Shown here piece after piece: positions 26,251-32,000 of a DNA stretch of 32,000 nucleotides; the stretch's first letter is position 1; every line of letters starts with the position of its first letter. The DNA is from Cereibacter sphaeroides 2.4.1. GTDB taxonomy: Bacteria > Pseudomonadota > Alphaproteobacteria > Rhodobacterales > Rhodobacteraceae. The position numbers and the translations under genes were made by a program. The stretch spans positions 1,620,001-1,652,000 of the forward strand of contig NC_007493.2 in assembly GCF_000012905.2 (NCBI RefSeq). Reading direction: 5' to 3'. A model generated the notes under the pieces. That model did not search any database and was not told where the DNA came from. It worked only from the letters and a program-made list of their open reading frames with translations.

Positions 26251-26660
26251 GCGGGTGCCCGATCCGTCCGAGCTGAGACCTGGCAGCCCGCCGCCGCCCC
26301 GCCCCGTCGACGGCTTCCGTTTGCTGGCCCCGAGCCTCGATCCGTCCGACGTGCGACCCGGCAGCCCGCCCCGCGTCGACGGCATCCCTTTGCGGACCCT
26401 GCGCCCCGATCCGTCCGACGTGCGGCCCGGCAGTCCCCACCGCCGGCCACGCAGAGAGCGCCGGCCGCCGGGCCCGCGCCGCGACCCCGCCTGCGGGTTC
26501 GCATCCGTGCCCCGTGCGTCGCTCGGTTGACAGCTGGCAACTCTGCCTCTCGCCGCGCAGGCTGTCTCCCTTGGCGGGCACTGCCTCCCCCGATCCGTCC
26601 GAACTGCACCCTCCCAGCCCCCGCCGCTGGCCTGCCCGCGTCGGAAGGGCGCGGCCTTGC
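26243..26660 (+). repeat. Degenerate tandem repeat array (units of about 69-78 nt) with conserved word CCCGATCCGTCCGA
   Basis: GATCCGTCCGA occurs at 26261, 26339, 26408 and 26592. The first three units share YTTTGCKG..CCCGATCCGTCCGASSTGMGRCCYGGCAGYCC, and the first two also end in ..CGTCGACGGCWTCC. In each unit CCGTCCGAC can pair with GTCGACGG downstream to give a bulged hairpin. Confidence 0.7.
26527..26540. promoter_or_regulatory. Fnr-like box TTGAC-N4-GGCAA upstream of the Crp/Fnr-family gene
   Basis: TTGACAGCTGGCAA fits TTG-N8-CAA, with one mismatch to a perfect dyad. It lies about 180 bp upstream of ATG 26718. Confidence 0.3.
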
Positions 26661-26717
26661 GGGCTTGACCGGCCGCCCCGACTGCCGGACACCAAAGACC
26701 TGTCACGAGGAGCCGCC

Positions 26718-27374
26718 ATGAGCTGGATCGACGACGCGGGCCTGCCCGATCTTGCCGCCGACGCGCGCGCCCGGCTCGAGGCGCTGCGCCCGGTCCGGCT
26801 CGCCCGGGGCACGCTCCTCTTCCGTCCGGGGGATGCGGCGCAGGGCTTCGTGGTCGTTCTCGAGGGCCGCGTCGAGGTGTTCCTCACCGGCCCCACCGGG
26901 CGCGAGATCCTGCTCTACGCGGTCGAGCCCGGCCAGAGCTGCGTGCAGACGACGCTCGGCCTCATGGGCGGCGAGGACTATACCGGCGAGGCCGTCGCCG
27001 CGACCGATCTCGCCGCCGTGGTCATCCCGCGCCCGCTCTTCCTGCGGCTGATGGACGAGAGCGCCGCCTTCCGCAGCTTCGTCTTCACCGCCTTCGCGCG
27101 GCGGATGCAGATGATGATGCATGTGCTGGAAAAGGTGGCCTTCCAGCGCGTCGAGAGCCGGCTCGCCGGCACGCTCCTCGCCATGGCGGAAGCCAACGAG
27201 GTGACGGCGACGCAGGCCGATCTCGCCACCCGGATCGGCTCGGCGCGAGAGGTGGTCTCGCGGCGCCTCGACCAGTTCGCGCGGCGCGGCTGGGTCCGGA
27301 CCGACCGCGGCCGGGTCCGCCTCCTCGACCCCGGCGCCCTGCGCCGCCTCGCCGCGGCCGACGGCGCAGACTGA
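26718..27374 (+). CDS. Crp/Fnr-family transcriptional regulator, 218 aa
   Basis: Track ORF 26514..27374. ATG 26718 has GAGGAG 5 nt upstream. It has a cNMP-binding-like beta-roll (LFRPGDAAQGFVVVLEGRVEVFL...GREILLYAVEPGQ). The C-terminal HTH, TQADLATRIGSAREVVSRRLDQFARRGWV, carries the E--SR recognition motif. There is no N-terminal Cys cluster. Confidence 0.88.
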   Translation: MSWIDDAGLPDLAADARARLEALRPVRLARGTLLFRPGDAAQGFVVVLEGRVEVFLTGPTGREILLYAVEPGQSCVQTTLGLMGGEDYTGEAVAATDLAAVVIPRPLFLRLMDESAAFRSFVFTAFARRMQMMMHVLEKVAFQRVESRLAGTLLAMAEANEVTATQADLATRIGSAREVVSRRLDQFARRGWVRTDRGRVRLLDPGALRRLAAADGAD

Positions 27375-27625
27375 TCGAGAGCGGCTCGTCGGACCGCCGC
27401 CATGCGCAGGCAGGGCTCCGGATCGAACCTGGCCCGGCTCAGCCACTCTCCTGAACGCTGCCCCGACCGGACGAGAGCCCATCAGGCAGGCACGTCGCTC
27501 CCGAACCCATACGTTCCGCGGCCGGGCCAGGGCGAGCGTGACGAGATCACAGACCGCGGACAGGCCGGGGCCTAGGGTCGCCTCATGCCCCGTGCCGGGG
27601 CGGATCCAACCCAAAGGTGAGACGG

Positions 27626-27829
27626 ATGTTCAAGACCAACGTCGGCGGCATCGACCGCATTCTCCGCATCGTCGTCGGGCTCGCGCTGCTCGCGGCCTTC
27701 TTCCTGATGCCCGACGCGAGCTACCGCGCCGTCCTGCTGATCGGCATCGTGCCGCTCCTGACCGGCCTCTTCTCGACCTGTCCGCTCTATTCGCTCGTGG
27801 GCATCAACACCTGCCCGATGAAGGGCTGA
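27626..27829 (+). CDS. DUF2892 (YgaP-like transmembrane domain) small membrane protein, 67 aa
   Basis: Track ORF 27617..27829 begins with GTG. ATG 27626 has AGGTGA 6 nt upstream. MFKTNVGGIDRILRIVVGLALLAAFFL...LLIGIVPLLTGLFSTCPLYSLVGINTC matches the DUF2892 pattern (N.G..DR..R...G......TG....CP.Y...G). Confidence 0.8.
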   Translation: MFKTNVGGIDRILRIVVGLALLAAFFLMPDASYRAVLLIGIVPLLTGLFSTCPLYSLVGINTCPMKG

Positions 27830-28063
27830 AGGACGCCGCCGCGCCGCCTGCGCGTCGCTCAGGGCGCGATGGGCTGCGGCGCGGCCGCCATTGGGTGCAG
27901 GGCAAAGGCGCCGGGGCGACCCGGAGGAAGCGCTGCACCGACGGCGGCCCTTGCAGGCAGGGCGGCGGCTTCAACCGCCTGCCTCAGGTGCTTCCCCGCC
28001 CGCTCCGTCCGCGGCAGCGCGGCGCGAGCGGGGCTCGATGCCCCCGAGCGGCGCAGCCCCGGC

Positions 28064-30922
28064 CTATTCCGCCGCCAGACGCCGGGGTTTCAGCATGTCG
28101 CGGAGGTAGCGGCCGGTGTGCGAGGCCTCGACCTTGGCCACCTCCTCGGGCGTTCCCTCGGCCACGATCTTGCCGCCGCCGTCGCCGCCTTCCGGGCCGA
28201 TGTCGATGATCCAGTCCGCGGTCTTCACCACATCGAGATTGTGCTCGATCACCACCACCGTGTTGCCCTGCTCCACCAGCTCGTGCAGCACCTCGAGCAG
28301 CTTTTTCACATCCTCGAAATGCAGCCCCGTCGTCGGCTCGTCGAGAATGTAGAGCGTGCGTCCCGTGGCGCGGCGGCTCAGCTCCTTGGAGAGTTTCACC
28401 CGCTGCGCCTCGCCGCCCGAGAGCGTCGTCGCCTGCTGGCCCACCTTGATGTAGCCGAGGCCCACCCGCATCAGCGCGTCCATCTTCTCGCGGATCGAAG
28501 GCACCGCCTGGAAGAACTCCTGCGCATCCTCGACCGTCATCTCGAGCACGTCGGCGATGCTCTTGCCCTTGAACCTGATCTCCAGCGTCTCGCGGTTGTA
28601 GCGGTGGCCCTTGCAGGTCTCGCAGGTCACATAGACGTCGGGCAGGAAGTGCATCTCGATCTTGATGACGCCATCGCCCTGGCAGGCCTCGCAGCGCCCG
28701 CCCTTCACGTTGAACGAGAACCGGCCCGGCTGGTAGCCGCGCGCCTTCGACTCGGGCAGGCCCGCGAACCAGTCGCGGATCGGCGTGAAGGCCCCGGTGT
28801 AGGTCGCGGGGTTCGAGCGCGGCGTGCGCCCGATCGGCCGCTGGTCGATGTCGATGACCTTGTCGAGCTGCTCGAAGCCCTTGATCGTCTCGCAGGGCGC
28901 CGGCGTCTCGCGCGCCCCGTTCAGCCGCATGGCCGCCGTCTTGTAGAGCGTCTCGATGGTCAGCGTCGACTTGCCGCCGCCCGAGACGCCGGTCACGCAG
29001 ACGAACTTGCCCAAGGGGAAGTCCACCGTCACATCGTGGAGGTTGTTGCCGCTGGCCTTCACCACCGTGAGGGCCTTGCCGTTGCCCTTCCGCCGCTCGG
29101 CGGGCACCGAGATCTCGCGCGTGCCCGAGAGATACTGGCCGGTGAGGCTCGCCGGATCGGCGGCGATCTCGGCGGGCGTGCCGTGCGCCACCACCTGCCC
29201 GCCATGGACGCCCGCGCCCGGACCCACGTCGAACACATAATCCGCCTCGCGGATCGCATCCTCGTCATGCTCCACCACCAGCACCGAATTGCCCTGATCG
29301 CGCAGGTTCTTCAGCGTGGTCAGCAGCCGGTCGTTGTCGCGCTGGTGCAGCCCGATCGAGGGCTCGTCGAGCACATAGAGCACGCCCGTCAGCCCTGAGC
29401 CGATCTGCGAGGCGAGCCGGATCCGCTGGCTCTCCCCGCCCGAGAGCGTGCCGGCCGCGCGGCTCATCGACAGATAGTCGAGCCCCACATTGACGAGGAA
29501 GCCCAGCCGCTCGCGGATCTCCTTGAGGATCGCGCGCGCGATCTCGTTCTTCTGCGCGGTCAGATGGCCCGGCACGGTCTCGATCCAGGCGAAGGCCTCC
29601 TTGATCGACATCTGCACCACCTGCCCGATGTGCAGGCCGCCGATCTTCACCGCCAGCGCCTCGGGCTTCAGCCGGTAGCCGCCGCAGACATGGCAGGGCC
29701 GGTTGTTCTGGTACCGCTCGAATTCCTCGCGCACCCAGGCCGAGTCGGTCTCGCGGTAGCGGCGCTCCATGTTCGGGATCACGCCCTCGAAGCTGCGGCT
29801 GACCTGATAGATCCGCCCGCCCTCGTCGTAGCGGAAGGTGATCTCCTCCTCGCCCGAGCCGCGCAGGAAGACGGATTGCACGTTGAACGGCAGGTCCTTC
29901 CATTTCTTCTTCGGATCGAAGCCGTAATGCCGCGCCAGCGCCTCGATGGTCTGGGTGTAATAGGGCGATTTCGACTTGGCCCAGGGCGCGATGGCCCCCT
30001 GCTTCAGCGTGAGCCCCTGATCGGGCACCACGAGACGCTCGTCGAAGAAGAGCTCCATCCCCAGCCCGTCGCATTCCGGGCAGGCGCCGAAGGGCGCGTT
30101 GAACGAGAAGAGCCGCGGCTCGATCTCGGGGATGGTGAAGCCCGAGACCGGGCAGGCGAATTTCTCGGAGAAGGTCGTGCGCACCGGCTCGCCCTCGGCG
30201 GGCGCGCTCTCGAAGATCGCGATCCCGTCGGCGAGGTTCAGCGCGGTGCGGAAGCTGTCGGCCAGCCGCGTCTCGATCCCCTCGCGCACCACGATCCGGT
30301 CCACCACCACATCGATGTCGTGGCGGAACTTCTTGTCCAGCGTCGGCGGCTCCTCCAGCTCGTGGAAGGTGCCGTTCACCTTCACCCGCTGGAAGCCCTG
30401 CTTGCGGAGCTCGATGAACTCCTTCTTGTATTCGCCCTTGCGGTCCCGGACGATGGGCGCGAGCAGATAGCCCCGCGCGCCCTCGGGCATTGCCATCACC
30501 GCATCGACCATGTCCTGCACCTGCTGCGCCGCGATGGGCAGGCCGGTGGCCGGGCTGTAGGGCGTGCCGACCCGCGCCCACAGAAGGCGCATGTAGTCGT
30601 AGATCTCGGTCACGGTCCCCACGGTCGAGCGCGGGTTCTTCGAGGTCGTCTTCTGCTCGATGGAGATGGCCGGCGACAGACCCGAGATATGGTCCACATC
30701 CGGCTTGCCCATCATGTCGAGGAACTGCCGCGCATAGGCCGAGAGGCTTTCGACATAGCGGCGCTGGCCCTCGGCATAGATCGTGTCGAAGGCGAGGCTG
30801 GACTTGCCCGACCCTGACAGGCCGGTGATGACCACCAGCTGATCCCGCGGGATGTCGACATCGATGCCCTTGAGATTGTGCTCGCGCGCCCCGCGCACCG
30901 AGATGAACTTCTGTTCGGCCAT
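28064..30922 (-). CDS. uvrA: Excinuclease ABC subunit UvrA, 952 aa
   Basis: Track ORF 28064..30988 begins with TTG. ATG 30922 ([56 protein letters not shown]...) gives the canonical UvrA N-terminus and has AGGA 8 nt upstream. There are two Walker A sites (GLSGSGKSS and GVSGGGKST) and zinc modules (CPECDGLG and CEACQGDG). Confidence 0.95.
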   Translation of the reverse strand: MAEQKFISVRGAREHNLKGIDVDIPRDQLVVITGLSGSGKSSLAFDTIYAEGQRRYVESLSAYARQFLDMMGKPDVDHISGLSPAISIEQKTTSKNPRSTVGTVTEIYDYMRLLWARVGTPYSPATGLPIAAQQVQDMVDAVMAMPEGARGYLLAPIVRDRKGEYKKEFIELRKQGFQRVKVNGTFHELEEPPTLDKKFRHDIDVVVDRIVVREGIETRLADSFRTALNLADGIAIFESAPAEGEPVRTTFSEKFACPVSGFTIPEIEPRLFSFNAPFGACPECDGLGMELFFDERLVVPDQGLTLKQGAIAPWAKSKSPYYTQTIEALARHYGFDPKKKWKDLPFNVQSVFLRGSGEEEITFRYDEGGRIYQVSRSFEGVIPNMERRYRETDSAWVREEFERYQNNRPCHVCGGYRLKPEALAVKIGGLHIGQVVQMSIKEAFAWIETVPGHLTAQKNEIARAILKEIRERLGFLVNVGLDYLSMSRAAGTLSGGESQRIRLASQIGSGLTGVLYVLDEPSIGLHQRDNDRLLTTLKNLRDQGNSVLVVEHDEDAIREADYVFDVGPGAGVHGGQVVAHGTPAEIAADPASLTGQYLSGTREISVPAERRKGNGKALTVVKASGNNLHDVTVDFPLGKFVCVTGVSGGGKSTLTIETLYKTAAMRLNGARETPAPCETIKGFEQLDKVIDIDQRPIGRTPRSNPATYTGAFTPIRDWFAGLPESKARGYQPGRFSFNVKGGRCEACQGDGVIKIEMHFLPDVYVTCETCKGHRYNRETLEIRFKGKSIADVLEMTVEDAQEFFQAVPSIREKMDALMRVGLGYIKVGQQATTLSGGEAQRVKLSKELSRRATGRTLYILDEPTTGLHFEDVKKLLEVLHELVEQGNTVVVIEHNLDVVKTADWIIDIGPEGGDGGGKIVAEGTPEEVAKVEASHTGRYLRDMLKPRRLAAE

Positions 30923-30959
30923 CGCCCCGATCCTCGCGATCTCGTCTTCCGGAACGGCG

Positions 30960-30988
30960 GATATAGAGGCCCGGGCCTGAGTCTCCAA
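30960..30988 (-). promoter_or_regulatory. Candidate sigma-70 promoter of uvrA: TTGGAG-N17-TATATC
   Basis: On the minus strand, -35 TTGGAG is at 30988-30983 and -10 TATATC at 30965-30960, separated by a 17-nt spacer. The predicted TSS is about 30 nt upstream of ATG 30922. This would exclude the TTG 30988 start. Confidence 0.4.
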
Positions 30989-30999
30989 CCGCCGGTCGC

Positions 31000-31014
31000 G
31001 AACATAGTATGAAC
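31000..31014 (-). promoter_or_regulatory. Alphaproteobacterial LexA (SOS) box GTTC-N7-GTTC upstream of uvrA
   Basis: The minus strand reads GTTCATACTATGTTC. It lies 78-92 nt upstream of the uvrA ATG and 12 bp upstream of the candidate -35. The direct repeat GTTC-N7-GTTC is the LexA operator described for Rhodobacter sphaeroides and the rhizobia. Confidence 0.7.
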
Positions 31015-31038
31015 TTTAACCGGATGGCAGGGTTTATT

Positions 31039-32000
31039 TCACGCCATCGCCCTGCGGCGGGCAGAAAGCCACTGGTGGAGCAAGATCCCGGCGAGGCTCG
31101 GCAGCAGCACGAAGAAGATCAGCCCCCGTGCCCCTTGGGCGGCGATGAGGGCCGCCAGAAGAGGCGTTCCGCTGGTGGTGCCGAGATTGCCGAGCTGCGC
31201 CACCGCGCCCGCGGCGCGCGCGCGATCCTCCGGGGCCGGGTTCAGCTGCGGGATGGCCGCGAAGGACGCGCCCTGCACCAGCCCCAGCGCCGCGGCGAGG
31301 CTGAGCGCTGCCGCCTCCATGGCGAGCCCCTGCCCCCAGCCCGCCCAGAGCGCCAGCGTCGAGACGATGGCGAGGCCGAAGCCGCCCTGCACCACCTTCA
31401 CCGCCGGAACTCGCCCCAGCATCCAGACGCCCAGCGTCAGCGAGACGGCGATGGAGGCGAGCGGCATGGCCGAGGCGAGGAAAGCGGGATGCGGCGTCTC
31501 GGGCGGCAGAAGCGTCAGCAGCGCCACATAGACGAGCGTGTAGCAGAAGAAGCCGATGGCGGGCGCGGCCACCCGGGCCGAGGCATAGATCTGCCCGTGC
31601 TGGCGCAGAAGCGAGGGCTGCACGCCCGGCAGGCGGGGGCTCCGCGCGTCGGCGGGCAGGAGCGTCCGCACGAGGAGCGCACAGGCCGCCATATAGGCCG
31701 CATGGATCAGGAACAGCGGCGGGATGCCCCAGGCCGCCACCAGCGGCCGCCCGATCCAGGCGGTGAAGGCGAAGGAGACGGCGAAGAACGAGGCCCAGAG
31801 CGTCATGGCAAAGCCCTGCCGCGCCGGCGGGGCGATCTGCGCGATGAGCACCGGGGCGGACACCACGATGGCGAGATGCGCCAGACCCTCCACCGCCCGC
31901 AGCCCCAGCATGAGGCCCAGCGGCGGCAGCAGCGCCTCGATCAGCGACAGGCCCGCGCCGGCGAGGAGCGCCGTCACCAGCACCCGGCGGTAGCCGAGGC
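31039..32000 (-). CDS. MFS-type transporter, C-terminal ~320 aa; the gene continues beyond the right edge of the window
   Basis: Track ORF 31039..31983 begins at a GTG, but the frame stays open to position 32000. The sequence is a run of hydrophobic helices throughout (about 10 visible), whereas MFS proteins normally have 12. The substrate is not inferable. Confidence 0.7.
   Translation of the reverse strand, partial: LGYRRVLVTALLAGAGLSLIEALLPPLGLMLGLRAVEGLAHLAIVVSAPVLIAQIAPPARQGFAMTLWASFFAVSFAFTAWIGRPLVAAWGIPPLFLIHAAYMAACALLVRTLLPADARSPRLPGVQPSLLRQHGQIYASARVAAPAIGFFCYTLVYVALLTLLPPETPHPAFLASAMPLASIAVSLTLGVWMLGRVPAVKVVQGGFGLAIVSTLALWAGWGQGLAMEAAALSLAAALGLVQGASFAAIPQLNPAPEDRARAAGAVAQLGNLGTTSGTPLLAALIAAQGARGLIFFVLLPSLAGILLHQWLSARRRAMA

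Noticed and set aside
26249-26530. 93-aa ORF with the repeated peptide DPSDVRPGSP (and its mirror minus-strand ORFs 26109..26609 and 26177..26896)
   Set aside because: The peptide periodicity simply reflects the DNA tandem repeats. There is no RBS, the repeats are equally open in several frames and on both strands, and the composition is Pro/Arg/Gly-rich. I treat it as non-coding repeat DNA.
26243-26660. Possible CRISPR array
   Set aside because: The repeats are degenerate. Spacing is irregular (78, 69 and 184 nt between the conserved words). The sequence between words is itself part of the repeat rather than unique spacers. No cas genes or leader are present.
24592-26706. N-terminal ~700 aa of the 1002-aa minus-strand track ORF that ends as the LysR regulator
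   Set aside because: It is antisense to mmsA and runs through the repeat array. The LTTR wHTH begins exactly at ATG 24591, and everything upstream is Arg/Gly-rich.
27830-28063. Possible small gene or terminator in the 234-bp spacer between the convergent DUF2892 gene and uvrA
   Set aside because: Only Arg-rich short frames without an RBS are present. There is one bulged GC hairpin (about 27955-27985) with no U-tract. Nothing here is supportable.

Overview
Very GC-rich window (about two-thirds G+C by eye, not computed). Gene content and order match the core chromosome of a Rhodobacter/Cereibacter-like alphaproteobacterium. That assignment is an inference from the protein sequences and from a GTTC-N7-GTTC SOS box. 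I can support 29 protein-coding genes, almost all housekeeping. On the minus strand: scpA (partial), nagZ, a SPOR protein, argS, a GH108 endolysin plus 3-TM holin pair, ccmE, argC, murI, and a 1128-aa fused indolepyruvate/2-oxoacid:ferredoxin oxidoreductase with a divergent LysR regulator. Then purL-bolA-grxD, zapA with its coiled-coil partner, tkt, a DUF808-DUF2934 pair, gap, a 51-codon DUF1127-like ORF missing from the ORF track, coaD, a CBS-pair protein, LysR-mmsA, a Crp/Fnr regulator with a DUF2892 membrane peptide, uvrA, and a partial MFS transporter. I saw no rRNA, tRNA, CRISPR array, transposase, integrase or recognisable defence island. Many long ORFs in the track are antisense or alternate-frame artefacts of the GC-rich composition. 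Several real genes start well inside their track ORF, whose apparent start is a TTG/GTG or upstream ATG extension. I checked the start codons against the nucleotide sequence. Most noteworthy: (1) an orphan endolysin-holin cassette of the type used for gene-transfer-agent release, sitting among core genes; (2) a candidate ~85-nt sRNA upstream of purL with a sigma-32-type promoter, a CCUCCC seed and a strong terminator; (3) a structured, AT-rich inverted-repeat element in the purL upstream region; (4) two unexplained repeat families, one dispersed in two inverted copies and one a degenerate tandem hairpin array filling the 524-bp mmsA-crp spacer; (5) Fnr-type dyads upstream of bolA-grxD and of the Crp/Fnr gene; (6) the SOS box upstream of uvrA. 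I found no convincing wholly new multi-gene system. The non-coding candidates are the least explained parts of the window.
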